Below, in pieces: positions 8,999-19,549 of a stretch of 64,000 nucleotides of DNA (positions are counted from its first letter, which is position 1; every line of letters begins with the position of its first letter). The notes under the pieces were generated by a model. It made no database searches. It was given only the letters and a program-made list of their open reading frames with translations, and was not told the DNA's origin. The DNA lies in assembly GCA_963726335.1 (NCBI GenBank), contig CAVSCD010000011.1, forward strand, positions 283,540-347,539, read 5' to 3'. The DNA comes from Candidatus Aminicenantes bacterium. GTDB taxonomy: Bacteria > Acidobacteriota > Aminicenantia > Aminicenantales > UBA8522. A program made the translations under genes and the position numbers.

Positions 8999-11200
8999 AT
9001 GCCGAGAAACCGCCTCGGGCTGATGCCCCTGGCCGCGGTCATGCTGGCCATGGCCTGGCCGGCGGCGGCCGATCCCCAGGCGCCCGCCACGAAGATCACC
9101 TACGAGCAAGCCTACAGCCAGGAGCCGCGAGAGGGCGGGTTCGCGCGGATGAGCGGGATGGTCTCCTGGCTCGACGACGAGAGCTGCCTCGTCCGGGAGT
9201 GGGACGATAAAGCCAAGGCGATGCGCTTTTTCAGGATCGCGGCCGGGACCGGAGTCAAGACCCCCCACCTGGATCTCGAGTCGATGCAGAAGGGCCTCCC
9301 CCAGGGCTTCGCGGCCGGGACGCAAGCCGCCGCGAGCGCCGACATGTCGCGGCTCATCTTCAATTCCCGGAACGACCTGTATCTTTACCTGCCCAAGACA
9401 CAGGCGTTCCGCCGGCTGACCGCGAACCCCGCGCCGGAGAAGACGCCTCGGCTGTCCCCCGACGCCCGGTACGTCGCCTTCACCCGGGACAACAACCTCT
9501 GGGCCTGCGATCTCGACACCGGGCTCGAGTTCCAGATAACGGCCGACGGCTCGGAGACGATCCTCAACGGCTGCGAATCCTGGGTCTACATGGAGGAGGT
9601 CTCGAACCGGCAATCGCAGTTTGCCGCGTTCTGGTGGTCCCCGGACAGCCGGAAGCTCGTCTTCCAGCGGTTCGATGACAGCCCCGTCCCGGTCTTCAAC
9701 ATCGTCCGCTCGACCGGTGTCCACGGCGAGCTCGAACGCCAGCGCTATCCGAAAGCCGGCGATCCCAACCCCCGCGTCAAGGTGGGCATCGCCAGCCTCC
9801 CGGACAACACGGTCGTCTGGGCGGATTTCGACGAACGGGCCGACGAGTACCTGGCTTGGCCGAAGTGGTTCGCCGACAGCTCCCGAGTGGCCGTCCAGTG
9901 GATGAACCGGGGCCAGGACGAGATCAAGCTGTTCGCCGTCGACCCCGCCACCGGGAAAAAGAGGGAGATCTACGGTGAAAAGCAGCCGGCCTGGGTCGAG
10001 TTCTTCCCCGACCTCCATTTCCTCAAGGACGGCAGTGGCTTCCTGCTGAGGACCGACGCCGACGGCTGGAGCCACCTTTATCTTTATGACCTCGCCGGCC
10101 ATCTCAGAGCCAGGCTGACCCGGGGGGAATGGGCCGTGGGAGGAATCAGCCTGGTCGACGAGAAAAACAGGCGGGTCTATTTTACGGCCGCCAAGGACGA
10201 CACCACGGGGACGCAGCTTTTCCGGGTGGGCTTCGATGGCCGCGGCCTTGAGCAGCTGACGAGGGAGCCGGGCACCCATATCACTCAGGTATCTCCCGGC
10301 GGGAGCTACTTCACGGATTTTTTCTCGACCGCGTCATCGCGGGGCCGGCAGGCCTTCTACCGGACCGACGGCGCCCTGGTGCGGAGCATCCCAGCGCCGG
10401 ACGCGAGTCCATGGGAGGGTTATCGGCTGGCCAAAAAGGAGCTGTTCAGGATCCCCACCGAGGACGGCTACGCCCTGCCCGCCTATTGGATACTCCCTCC
10501 GGACCTCGACCGATCGAAAAAATATCCGGTCCTCTTCCAGGTCTACGGCGGCCCGGCCGCGCCCACGGTCTCCGATACGTATCCTTCTGTCTCGCAGCTC
10601 TACCTCGCCCAGGAGGGGATCATCGTGATGAGCGTCGACCACCGGGGGTCGGGCCATTTCGGCAAGAAGGGGACGGCGCTCATGCACCGCAACCTGGGCA
10701 AGTGGGAGATGAACGACCTCATCCAGGCGGTCAAATGGCTCCGTGAGCAGCCCTTCGTCGACGCTTCGAAGATCGGCATCACCGGGTCGAGCTACGGCGG
10801 CTACGCGACCTGCCTCGCCTTAACCCGCGGCGCCGGCTATTTCACCCACGGCCTCGCGGGCTCCTCGGTCACGGATTGGCAGCTTTACGATTCCATCTAC
10901 ACCGAACGGTACATGGACGCGCCCGCGGAAAATAAGGAGGGCTACGAGTCGGGCTCGGTCATGACGCACGCCAAGAACCTCAAGGGCGTCCTGTTCATCG
11001 AACACGGCGACATGGATGACAACGTCCACATGCAGAACTCGGTCCAGCTGATCAATGCCCTGATGGACGAAGGCAAGGACTTCGATTTCGCGTTGTTCCC
11101 GAACCAGCGGCACGGCTACGGCGGGAAGAAGAGAGAAGCGGCCAACCGGCGCGCCGTCGATTTCTGGTTCAGGCACCTCCTCGGCAGGTCGAATGGCTGA
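8999..11200 (+). CDS. S9B dipeptidyl peptidase IV-family serine peptidase, exported
   Basis: Signal peptide; WVYMEE, YPKAGDPNP, GSSYGG nucleophile, DDNVH, QRHG. Confidence 0.95.
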   Translation: MPRNRLGLMPLAAVMLAMAWPAAADPQAPATKITYEQAYSQEPREGGFARMSGMVSWLDDESCLVREWDDKAKAMRFFRIAAGTGVKTPHLDLESMQKGLPQGFAAGTQAAASADMSRLIFNSRNDLYLYLPKTQAFRRLTANPAPEKTPRLSPDARYVAFTRDNNLWACDLDTGLEFQITADGSETILNGCESWVYMEEVSNRQSQFAAFWWSPDSRKLVFQRFDDSPVPVFNIVRSTGVHGELERQRYPKAGDPNPRVKVGIASLPDNTVVWADFDERADEYLAWPKWFADSSRVAVQWMNRGQDEIKLFAVDPATGKKREIYGEKQPAWVEFFPDLHFLKDGSGFLLRTDADGWSHLYLYDLAGHLRARLTRGEWAVGGISLVDEKNRRVYFTAAKDDTTGTQLFRVGFDGRGLEQLTREPGTHITQVSPGGSYFTDFFSTASSRGRQAFYRTDGALVRSIPAPDASPWEGYRLAKKELFRIPTEDGYALPAYWILPPDLDRSKKYPVLFQVYGGPAAPTVSDTYPSVSQLYLAQEGIIVMSVDHRGSGHFGKKGTALMHRNLGKWEMNDLIQAVKWLREQPFVDASKIGITGSSYGGYATCLALTRGAGYFTHGLAGSSVTDWQLYDSIYTERYMDAPAENKEGYESGSVMTHAKNLKGVLFIEHGDMDDNVHMQNSVQLINALMDEGKDFDFALFPNQRHGYGGKKREAANRRAVDFWFRHLLGRSNG

Positions 11201-12110
11201 CCCGGCGCGGGGCTTTATCAGGCAACGGTCCTGTCCGGCCTGCGGCAGCGGCCGGATCCGGCCCCATCGGGAAGGAACGTACTCCGGCCGGCTGACCCAT
11301 GACGACATCAAGATCACCGACAGCCGGTACGGCATGACCTGGGACTTGAGTCTTTGTCTCGAATGCGGCCACCTGTTCGCCGACCCCTGCCCGACGCCGG
11401 AATTCATATTTTCGCTTTACGGCGAGGTGGAGGACCCCCTCTATGAGGACGAGGCGGAGGGCCGGGCCAGGAACTTCCTGGGGATCTTGAAGCAACTGGA
11501 ATCGCTGGCGCCCGGAAAAGGCCCTCTCTTCGACGTCGGGGCGGCGACCGGGATCCTCCTCGACCTCGCCCGCTCCCGCGGCTGGCAGCCGGACGGGACC
11601 GATCCGAGCGCCTGGGCCGTCCGCGTGGCCGCCGCCAAGTACGGCCTCAGCCTGAGGCAGGGCCCGTTCGAGAGCGCCGCACTCCCCCAGGATCGCTACG
11701 CGGCCGTCACCATGGTGGATATCATCGAGCACACCCCTATCCCCTTCGAGGCTGTGAAAAAGGCCGGACAGATCCTGCGGCCGGGCGGCATTCTGGCGCT
11801 CGTCACGCCGGATATCCACAGCGCGTCGGCCCGGATCGCCGGCCGCAGCTGGTGGCATCTCCGGCCGGCCCATCTCGCTTACTTCTCCAGGGCATCGCTG
11901 GCCGCGCTTCTCGGCCGGGCGGGATTCGCGATCGTCCGGGAGCGCCGCTACTCCTGGACCTTCAGCCTGCACTATCTCATGTCTCGGAAACGGGCTTCCG
12001 GGCTTTTGCTCCGGAACCGGCAACTGGCTTCTTTTTTGAAAAGAGTTCGGATAAAATTGGCGCTCGGCGATTCCTTCGAGGTTTACGCCGTCAAGGAGAA
12101 ACACGCTTGA
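11193..12110 (+). CDS. Class I SAM methyltransferase with N-terminal Zn-ribbon Cys
   Basis: CPAC...CLEC; LFDVGAATG; DIIEH; HLAYF. Confidence 0.88.
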   Translation: MADPARGFIRQRSCPACGSGRIRPHREGTYSGRLTHDDIKITDSRYGMTWDLSLCLECGHLFADPCPTPEFIFSLYGEVEDPLYEDEAEGRARNFLGILKQLESLAPGKGPLFDVGAATGILLDLARSRGWQPDGTDPSAWAVRVAAAKYGLSLRQGPFESAALPQDRYAAVTMVDIIEHTPIPFEAVKKAGQILRPGGILALVTPDIHSASARIAGRSWWHLRPAHLAYFSRASLAALLGRAGFAIVRERRYSWTFSLHYLMSRKRASGLLLRNRQLASFLKRVRIKLALGDSFEVYAVKEKHA

Positions 12111-13000
12111 ACGCCTATCTCCGCGGCCTGCGGCTTGAGAGATGGCCGAGGAGCCTGGCCATCGCGCTCGGCTGCGCCTCCTTTTTCTTTCTCCACCGGG
12201 AGGCCGTCGGGGAGTTCCCGCCGGGGGCGATCGCCTGGCGGCTGGTCCTGGCGTTTCTCCTGACCTGGATCATCTCCACCGCCAACTACGTCCTCAACGA
12301 AATCGTCGACGCGCCCTTCGACGCCCATCACCCGGTCAAGCGCCTTCGCCCGCTCGTCCAGCGGGAGATCAAGCCGGGACCGTTCGCCATGATGGGGGCA
12401 GCCCTCACCGTCGTCGGGCTCGGCGGCGCCCGCCTGATGTTCTCCCGGGCGTTCTTCTTCTCCCTGCTGGCCCTCCTGATCGCGGGTTTCATTTACAACG
12501 TGAAACCCATCCGGACGAAGGACATCCCTTTTCTCGACGCCATCTCCGAGTCGGCCAACAACCCGATCCGGCTCCTGATCGGCTGGTTCGCCTTCGCTCC
12601 AATCCACCAGTGGCCGCCTCTCAGCCTGCTCGTGGGCTGGTGGGCGTTCGGGAACTTCCTGATGACGGCCAAGCGGCTGTCCGAGTTCCGTCTGCTCAAG
12701 GAGAAGGCCGCCGATTACCGCCTGTCCCACAAGAGATACACGAAGAAAGAGCTCCTCCTCGGGATGATCGTCAGCGCCGTGGCCACACTGGCGAGCGCTG
12801 TCTACGGCGCTCTGGAACTCGACATCCCCGCCCTGCTCTATCTCGCCCCCGTTCTGGCGCTCTACCTGACCCTTTTCTTCAGGAAGACACTGGAGGAAAA
12901 GGAGATCATGGAAGAGCCGGAGAGCCTGCTCCGCAATCCTCTCATAGCCGTCTTCACCATCGCCCTGGCCTGCCTTTTTGCCCTTTCGATTTTCTTGTGA
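12107..13000 (+). CDS. UbiA prenyltransferase family (decaprenyl-phosphate phosphoribosyltransferase-like)
   Basis: NYVLNEIVDAPFDAHHPVKRLRPL; multiple TMs; AKRLSE; TTG start overlapping upstream stop. Confidence 0.85.
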   Translation: MNAYLRGLRLERWPRSLAIALGCASFFFLHREAVGEFPPGAIAWRLVLAFLLTWIISTANYVLNEIVDAPFDAHHPVKRLRPLVQREIKPGPFAMMGAALTVVGLGGARLMFSRAFFFSLLALLIAGFIYNVKPIRTKDIPFLDAISESANNPIRLLIGWFAFAPIHQWPPLSLLVGWWAFGNFLMTAKRLSEFRLLKEKAADYRLSHKRYTKKELLLGMIVSAVATLASAVYGALELDIPALLYLAPVLALYLTLFFRKTLEEKEIMEEPESLLRNPLIAVFTIALACLFALSIFL

Positions 13001-13012
13001 TAGATTAGCCGC

Positions 13013-13660
13013 ATGACGACTCTGGACATCATCCTCAGGCTTCTTCTGGCGATCTCCCTGGGGGGGATCATCGGTTTGGAGCGCGAGGCGAGCCACAAGC
13101 CGGCCGGCCTGCGGACGCACATCCTGATCTGCATCAGCGCCGCGATGATGATGATCCTGTCGGAGCTTCTGCTCGCGGGAAACCCGGTGCCGACCGGCGA
13201 CCTCCTCCGGGTGGCCGCGGCGGTGATCATGGGCATGGGGTTCATCGGGGCGGGGACGATCATCCAGTCGGAGGGCACGGTTCACGGGCTGACCACCGCC
13301 TCGACCCTCTGGACCGTCTCGGCGCTGGGGCTGGTGGTCGGCGCGGGCCGCTATCTCGTCGCCGTCATCTTTTCGGTCCTGGTGCTGGCGGCGCTCCTGC
13401 TCTTCCGAAGGATCGAAGAGACGCATCTCAAGAAGGGTCTCTACCACTACCAGGTCAAGATCAAGGAGCGTCCCGATATCCTCATCAACTTGAGGAAGCT
13501 CATTTTCCATCTCGGGCTGAAACTGGCCGAACTCAATCTGCGGAAGGACGGGGATGCTTTCAACGTGACTCTGGCCTTCTCCTCGTCCGAGGAAAAGGAA
13601 CGGCAGTTCAACCAGAGCCTGCTTGACCTGGGCGATGTCCTCGAAATCAAGATTGACTAA
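13013..13660 (+). CDS. MgtC/SapB family membrane protein
   Basis: IGLERE, AGLRTH, GMGFIGAGTI, GLTTASTLW. Confidence 0.93.
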   Translation: MTTLDIILRLLLAISLGGIIGLEREASHKPAGLRTHILICISAAMMMILSELLLAGNPVPTGDLLRVAAAVIMGMGFIGAGTIIQSEGTVHGLTTASTLWTVSALGLVVGAGRYLVAVIFSVLVLAALLLFRRIEETHLKKGLYHYQVKIKERPDILINLRKLIFHLGLKLAELNLRKDGDAFNVTLAFSSSEEKERQFNQSLLDLGDVLEIKID

Positions 13661-14309
13661 CGCCAGGATCGTCCTCGCGAGCGGCAACCGGGGGAAGATC
13701 AGGGAAATGAAGCGCGCCCTGGCCGGGCTGCCGGTGGTCATCATTTCCCTCGAAGACATCGGGGTCACGAGGACCGTTGAAGAGAATGGCCGGACGTTCC
13801 GGGAGAACGCCAGGCTCAAGAGCGTCGCCTACAGCCTGGAGAGCGATCATCTCACGCTGGCCGAGGATTCCGGTCTCGAAGTGGACCATCTCCATGGGGC
13901 GCCCGGAGTCTACTCGGCGCGCTTTTCGGCGCCCCGCGCCACCGACCAAAAGAACGTCCGGAAAGTGCTGCGGCTGATGAAGAGCGTGCCCTGGGGCGGG
14001 CGGGGCGCCCGTTTCGTTTGTCATCTCGTCCTGGCCCGGCAGGGCCAGGTCATCAAGGAAGTGAGGGGTGTCGTCCGGGGACGGATCGCCCTGGCCCCGA
14101 AGGGAGATAGGGGGTTCGGCTACGACCCGGTCTTCTATTATGCCCCGCTCCGGAGGATGTTCGCCGAGCTCCCGGCCGACCTCAAGAATTCGGTCAGCCA
14201 CCGCGGCCGCGCGCTCGCGAAAATGCGAGCATACCTGTCCGCACGGCTCCGCCGGTCCGCCGGCGCCGGAAAAACGGGGAGAAGGGGGCCGAGCCCCCTC
14301 CGTCCCTGA
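13653..14309 (+). CDS. rdgB: Non-canonical purine NTP pyrophosphatase (Ham1/RdgB)
   Basis: LASGNRGKIRE, EDSGL, PGVYSARF, GFGYDPVF, SHRGRA. Confidence 0.93.
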   Translation: MTNARIVLASGNRGKIREMKRALAGLPVVIISLEDIGVTRTVEENGRTFRENARLKSVAYSLESDHLTLAEDSGLEVDHLHGAPGVYSARFSAPRATDQKNVRKVLRLMKSVPWGGRGARFVCHLVLARQGQVIKEVRGVVRGRIALAPKGDRGFGYDPVFYYAPLRRMFAELPADLKNSVSHRGRALAKMRAYLSARLRRSAGAGKTGRRGPSPLRP

Positions 14310-14329
14310 AAGCTCAATTCGCGCCGCCC

Positions 14330-14641
14330 TCACTTGCCGCCGGCTTCGGCGCCCACGGTGATCTGGTCCTTGAGCTGACCGAACACCTTCTCGCCGATGC
14401 CCCGCACCTTCATGAGATCCTCGACCCGCTTGAAGTTTCCGTTCTCCTTCCGATAGTCGAGGATCCGCTGGGCGATCGCCGGCCCCACCCCCGGCAGCTT
14501 CTGCAGCTCATCCGACTGGGCGGTGTTGATGTTGATCTTTTGGTCCGGCGACTTGGACCCGGCCTGGAGAGAGAACAGCGGCTGGAGGACGAGGCCGAGG
14601 ACGAGGGCCGCGGCCAGCGCTCCGATCTTAAAGTGTTTCAT
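14330..14641 (-). CDS. comEA: ComEA-like helix-hairpin-helix DNA-binding protein, exported
   Basis: Signal peptide; ININTA...LPGVG...RILDYR...GNFK...VRGIG. Confidence 0.9.
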   Translation of the reverse strand: MKHFKIGALAAALVLGLVLQPLFSLQAGSKSPDQKININTAQSDELQKLPGVGPAIAQRILDYRKENGNFKRVEDLMKVRGIGEKVFGQLKDQITVGAEAGGK

Positions 14642-14824
14642 GAAAACCTCCTTTCACCGTCCTCTCATGCAACCGCGGGGCCAAACCCGAGCTTCTGCTA
14701 TTCCGAGAATTATCTGCAGTTTAGACCATGGCGTTCGACTCCCACAGCAACCACTCGTTAACCTCCCGACCCCCGCAACGTCAACCTCTATTACCGAAGG
14801 CCTGTCGGTCAACGGATGCGCTGT

Positions 14825-15095
14825 GCCTGCCCTGGGGGAGTGGGCGGCCAGCCGAAGCGGCCATTGAAGGTTTAGCCCGATCAAAGCGCAATTCGAGGGA
14901 ACCCCGGGTTTTGGGCGGCGAGTATGTATTGAGCTCGAAAGAGAATTAGGAAACGCCACCCGATAAACACCCAATATCATCGAAGCGAAAGGGACTGATT
15001 ATGCGAGTTACGGAGCCGCCGAGAATTGCGTTTTGAGAGCGGCGTTAAAAACCTGAACGGGAGCGAGGCGGGTTGCCCACTCCCTCAAGGCAGGC
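14825..15095 (+). ncRNA. Candidate structured ncRNA or non-autonomous fold-back element (family II, copy A)
   Basis: 25-bp terminal arms; conserved blocks shared with the reverse complement of 20524-20776. Confidence 0.55.
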
Positions 15096-15101
15096 GGCCA
15101 A

Positions 15102-15995
15102 TTACGACCGGGGATGGCTTTTGCGGTAGACGCCCATGAGGTGCCCGAGGTCGAGGTGGGTGTACTTCTGCGTCGTGGCCAGGCTCTCGTGTCCGAGGAG
15201 TTCCTGGATGACCCGGAGGTCGGCGCCCCGGCTCAGCAGGTGCGAGGCGAACGAGTGCCGGAGCGAGTGCGGGCTGATCTTCCGGCGGACGGCGGTCTGG
15301 CGAATATACTTGTCGACGATCCGCTCGACCGAGCGGGTGGTGATGCGCCGCCCTTTGTAATTCAGGAAGAGGGCGTAATCGCCCGGCTTCTCGCCCAGTA
15401 GCGCCGCCCGCGCGGTCAGGTAGCCCTTGACCCGCTCCCGGGCGATGGCGCCGAACGGGACGATCCGCTCCTTTTTGCCCTTGCCGCGAACCCGGACGAG
15501 CCTGTCGGCCAGGTGGATGTCTTCGAGGTTGATGCCGACGAGCTCGCTCACCCGGATCCCCGTCGCGTAGAGGAGCTCGAGCGCGGCCTTGTCGCGGAGG
15601 TCGAGCGGCTTTGTCGAGGGCGGCATGTCCAGGAAGCCGGCCATCTCCTCTTCCGTGAGGAACGACGGGACGAGCTGCTCCTGCTTCGGCGTCGCCACGA
15701 GCGAGGCCGGATTCTCGGCCGTCCAGCCGCGCTTCAGCGCGTACCGGTAGAACGAGCGAACGGCGGCCAGCTTCCGGGCGAGCGAGGATTTCTTCAGCCG
15801 TCTTTCGTGGAGCTCGGCCATGAACCCCCGGATTTGGAGGTTGTCGGCGTTACGGAGCGAAACCCGGCGGACGTCGAGGTAGCCGATGAACTGCCCGAGG
15901 TCCCGCTGGTAGCCCGAGACGGTGTGAACGGACGCGTTCCTCTCGTGCCGGAGCTGGTCAAGGAATTCGTCCAGGTCCTTAAGGTCTCGCTTCAT
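15102..15995 (-). CDS. xerC: Tyrosine recombinase XerC
   Basis: LLYATGIRVSEL, GKGKKER, HSLRHSFASHLL, LLGHESLATTQKY; dprA-topA-xerC synteny. Confidence 0.92.
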   Translation of the reverse strand: MKRDLKDLDEFLDQLRHERNASVHTVSGYQRDLGQFIGYLDVRRVSLRNADNLQIRGFMAELHERRLKKSSLARKLAAVRSFYRYALKRGWTAENPASLVATPKQEQLVPSFLTEEEMAGFLDMPPSTKPLDLRDKAALELLYATGIRVSELVGINLEDIHLADRLVRVRGKGKKERIVPFGAIARERVKGYLTARAALLGEKPGDYALFLNYKGRRITTRSVERIVDKYIRQTAVRRKISPHSLRHSFASHLLSRGADLRVIQELLGHESLATTQKYTHLDLGHLMGVYRKSHPRS

Positions 15996-18252
15996 CCTTG
16001 CCGGTGTCCGGGGGCTTTTCCGGCCCCGCGCCCTCGGCGGCCTCGGCCAAGGTTTCCTTGTAGCCGCACTTTTCGTCGGGACAATAGAGCAGGGCGGTCC
16101 CGCCCTTCTGTTTCTTCCGGAAGAGCACAGGCTTGGCGCACTTCGGGCAGGCCTGGCTGAGCGGCTCGTCCCAGCTCGCGAACCGGCACTTGGGGAAACG
16201 GCCGCAGCCGTAGAAGAACTTCCCCCGTCTCGTCGTCCGCTTCAAGAGCATGCCCCCGCAGCCGGCCGGGCAGGCGATGCCGGTCTCCACCTTCTCACTC
16301 ACTTTCTTCTGGATGTACTTGCATTCCGGATATTTGGAGCAGGCCACGAACAGTCCGTAACGGCCGCGCCGCCTGACGAGCTGGGCGCCGCAAGTGGGGC
16401 ACTTTTCCTCCAGGGGCGTGACCTCGGGCTTGGTGAGACTCTGCTTGAACTTGCATTCGGGGTAGCCGGAGCACGCCTTGAACTGTCCGAACCGTCCCGT
16501 CCGGATGACCAGCGGCTTGGCGCACTCGGGGCATTTCTCGTCCACGGGGATCCCCTCGCCCCTGACGCTCTTGGCCTCGCCCGCCTTGGCCAGGTCCTGG
16601 CTCAGGAGGACATGGTACCGGCGGAGCGTTGTCAGCCAGTCCTCCTCGCCCTCGCTGATCTTGTCGAGCGCCTCCTCCATCAGGGCCGTGAACTTGTATT
16701 CCATCAGGTCGGCGAAGTTGGCCACCAGGAAGTCGGTGACGAACATCCCGAGCTCGGTCGGGACGAACTTGCCCTTGTCCTTGATGACATAGACCCGGTC
16801 CTGGAGCGTGCCGATGATCGGCGCATAGGTGCTCGGCCGCCCGATGCCTTTCGCTTCGAGCTCCTTGACCAGGCTGCCCTCGGTGTACCGCGGCGGGGGC
16901 TGCGTGAAATTCTGCTTGGTCTCGAGGTCGAGGAGCTTGAGCGTCTCGCCCTTCTGCGCTTTGGGGAGCTGCGCGGTCTCCTTGTCCAGGCTCGGGTAGA
17001 CGACGAAGTAGCCGTTGAACCGGATGACCTCTCCCTTGGCCTTGAACTCGCACCGGTCGGCCATGATGGTGAAATCGGTTTCCTCGACCACGGCCGGGCT
17101 CATCTGCGAGGCGAGGAACTTGTTCCAGATCAGCTTGTAGAGGTCGTACTCTTCCTTCTTGAGATAGGGCTTCACGGCATCGGGGGGGAGATCGAGCGAG
17201 GTCGGCCGGATCGCCTCGTGGGCGTCCTGCGACTTCTTCTTGTTCTTGTAAACGTTCGGATGCGGCGGGACGTAGGCGGCCGAGAAGCTGTCATGGATAT
17301 GCTTCCTGGCCCCGGCCAGGGCGGCCTCCGAGATCCGGACCGAATCCGTGCGCATGTAAGTGATCAGGCCGACGAGGCCGCGTTCGCCGATCGGCATCCC
17401 CTCGTAAAGCTTCTGGGCCACGAACATCGTCTTCTTGACGGGAAACCCGAGGAGCCGAAAGCTCTCCTGCTGCAGGGTGCTCGTGATGTAGGGCGGTCCG
17501 GGATGCCGCTTCTTCTCCCGGACGGTGACGTCCGCGAGGATGAACGGCTGCTGCTTGAGGCCGGCGACGAGCTCCTGCGCCCGGGCGCCCTCCGCCACCT
17601 TGAATTTCTTGCCGTCGAGCTTGACGAGGTTGGCCTTGAAGGGCGGCGGCTCCGACGCTTCGAGCTGGGCGTTGACGGACCAGTACTCCTCGGCGACGAA
17701 GGCCTTGATTTCCTTCTCCCGCTCGCAGATGAGCCGGAGGGCGATCGACTGCACCCGCCCGGCGCTCAGCCCCTTCCCGATCTTTTTCCAGAGCAGGGGG
17801 CTGATCTGGTAGCCGACGAGCCGGTCCAGGATCCGGCGGGTCTGCTGGGCCTGGAACATGTTCTCATCGAGCGCCCCGAGGTGCTCGAAGGCTTCCTCGA
17901 CGGCGGTCTGGGTGATCTCGTGAAAGACGGCCCGGCGGATGTTCGGGTTGTCCGCCTGCAGGAGCTGGCTGAGGTGCCAGCTGATGGCCTCGCCCTCCCG
18001 GTCGGGGTCGGCGGCCAGGATGACCGCGGTCGATTCCTTGGCGGCCTTCTGGAGCTCGGCGACCGTCTTTTTCCGGTCCGGGAGGACGACGTAGGTGGGG
18101 GCGAAATCATGGTCGACGTCCACGCCGAGCTTGCTCTTGGGGAGGTCCCGGATATGCCCCATCGACGCCTTGACGACATAGCGCGGGCCCAGGTAACGGT
18201 TGATGGTGTGCGCCTTGGCGGGCGATTCCACGATCACGAGTGACTTATCCAT
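15979..18252 (-). CDS. topA: DNA topoisomerase I with C-terminal Zn ribbons
   Basis: IVESPAKA, DPDREGEAI, SAGRVQS, LITYMRTDS, C4 zinc-finger repeats. Confidence 0.97.
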   Translation of the reverse strand: MDKSLVIVESPAKAHTINRYLGPRYVVKASMGHIRDLPKSKLGVDVDHDFAPTYVVLPDRKKTVAELQKAAKESTAVILAADPDREGEAISWHLSQLLQADNPNIRRAVFHEITQTAVEEAFEHLGALDENMFQAQQTRRILDRLVGYQISPLLWKKIGKGLSAGRVQSIALRLICEREKEIKAFVAEEYWSVNAQLEASEPPPFKANLVKLDGKKFKVAEGARAQELVAGLKQQPFILADVTVREKKRHPGPPYITSTLQQESFRLLGFPVKKTMFVAQKLYEGMPIGERGLVGLITYMRTDSVRISEAALAGARKHIHDSFSAAYVPPHPNVYKNKKKSQDAHEAIRPTSLDLPPDAVKPYLKKEEYDLYKLIWNKFLASQMSPAVVEETDFTIMADRCEFKAKGEVIRFNGYFVVYPSLDKETAQLPKAQKGETLKLLDLETKQNFTQPPPRYTEGSLVKELEAKGIGRPSTYAPIIGTLQDRVYVIKDKGKFVPTELGMFVTDFLVANFADLMEYKFTALMEEALDKISEGEEDWLTTLRRYHVLLSQDLAKAGEAKSVRGEGIPVDEKCPECAKPLVIRTGRFGQFKACSGYPECKFKQSLTKPEVTPLEEKCPTCGAQLVRRRGRYGLFVACSKYPECKYIQKKVSEKVETGIACPAGCGGMLLKRTTRRGKFFYGCGRFPKCRFASWDEPLSQACPKCAKPVLFRKKQKGGTALLYCPDEKCGYKETLAEAAEGAGPEKPPDTGKDEARP

Positions 18253-19362
18253 TTAGAGACTCCTCTGAAAGCACTTGCCCGGCGCCTGCCGAACGAGACC
18301 CTTGAGCTCCAGGCTGAGCAGCCGCGCCAAAACCTCGGAAACCGAAACGTCCGTCGTCTCGACGAGCTCGTCGATATGGGTGAGTGCGTCCGTCTTCAAT
18401 CCGTCAAAGATCTTTTTCTCCTCGGGGCTCAACTCGGGGCTCGCCTCGCGGCCCCCTTTTTTCGAGGACAGCAGCTTCTCCCGGAGCGGAGTCGGCATCT
18501 CTTCTACCACATCTACCCATGTTTCGACAAGCTTGGCGCCGGTTTTGATCAGCCAGTTGGCGCCGCCGCTCAGGGCCGAAGTGATGTTCCCGGGAACGGC
18601 CATGACCTCGCGGTTCTGCTCCAAAGCGAGACGCGCGGTGATGAGCGAGCCGCTCCGCCGCGTGGCCTCGACGACCACGACGCCGAGCGTCAGGCCGCTG
18701 ATGATCCTGTTCCGGAGTGGGAAGCGATAGGCCAGCGGCCGGGCGTCCGGCGGGAACTCGGTGACCACCGCGCCCGTCCCGGCGATCTTCCGGAAAAGGT
18801 CCTTATTTTCCTTGGGGTAGACCTCGTCGAACCCCGACCCCAGCACGGCGACCGTACGGCCCGCCTGGAGCGCGCCCCAATGGGCCAGCGAATCGATCCC
18901 GACGGCCAGGCCGCTGACGACGACCAACCCGGCCGCGGCGAGATCGCTGGCCAGCCGCTCGGCGACGGCCCGGCCGAACGGGGTTGGCCGGCGGGCGCCG
19001 ACCACGGCCACCGCGGGCTCGGACAGGACCGCCGGGTCGCCGGCGACATACAGGACAGACGGCGGGTCGAAGATCTCGCGGAGGAGCGCGGGATAGGCTT
19101 CCTCGTCGCGTGTCAGGAGGCGCCAGCCATTTTTTTCGGCAGTCGCCAGGACCCGGGCGGCATCGTCGAGGAGCCTAGGGGAAGCGAGCGCCCGCGCCCT
19201 CTCTTTCTCCAGGCCCAGCGATTCGAGCTCCCGGGCCGAGGCGCCGCAGACGTTTTCGGGCGAGCCGAAGCGCTCCAGGATTCGCTGGGCCGGGCGGAGA
19301 CAATCCGAAAGGACGATATTCAGGGCCACCCAGTAAACCCGCCGGTCGGCGGTCGATCTCAT
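18253..19362 (-). CDS. dprA: DNA-protecting protein DprA
   Basis: AVVGAR, VSGLAVGID, FPLRNRIISG, SGSLITA, C-terminal wHTH. Confidence 0.95.
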   Translation of the reverse strand: MRSTADRRVYWVALNIVLSDCLRPAQRILERFGSPENVCGASARELESLGLEKERARALASPRLLDDAARVLATAEKNGWRLLTRDEEAYPALLREIFDPPSVLYVAGDPAVLSEPAVAVVGARRPTPFGRAVAERLASDLAAAGLVVVSGLAVGIDSLAHWGALQAGRTVAVLGSGFDEVYPKENKDLFRKIAGTGAVVTEFPPDARPLAYRFPLRNRIISGLTLGVVVVEATRRSGSLITARLALEQNREVMAVPGNITSALSGGANWLIKTGAKLVETWVDVVEEMPTPLREKLLSSKKGGREASPELSPEEKKIFDGLKTDALTHIDELVETTDVSVSEVLARLLSLELKGLVRQAPGKCFQRSL

Positions 19363-19549
19363 GAAGGGTCTCTTTCTAACGCTCCAATACTCTGGACGCT
19401 CGGGGCCCGGCGGTCCGTCTCAGCGGCGTCCGACTAGAGTCCCGGAGTCGCGGACGGGTCCTTCGGCTTTCCCCTTTCCTGAATGTCCTGCCGGGTCCCG
19501 GCCCGGCCCGTCCGGGCCCGGTTTCATGGCTTGATCCAACCCTAGGCGA

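Noticed and set aside
14825-15095. 6S RNA, tmRNA, RNase P, riboswitch or retron msr-msd identity for family II
   Set aside because: No diagnostic motifs recognised, two copies lie within 6 kb, and no reverse transcriptase is nearby; cannot be fully excluded without cmscan
15102-15995. Tyrosine recombinase as an integron or prophage integrase acting on the adjacent family-II repeats
   Set aside because: Sits in the housekeeping dprA-topA-xerC arrangement, lacks an evident IntI-specific insertion, and the repeats lack clear attC RYYYAAC/GTTRRRY ends
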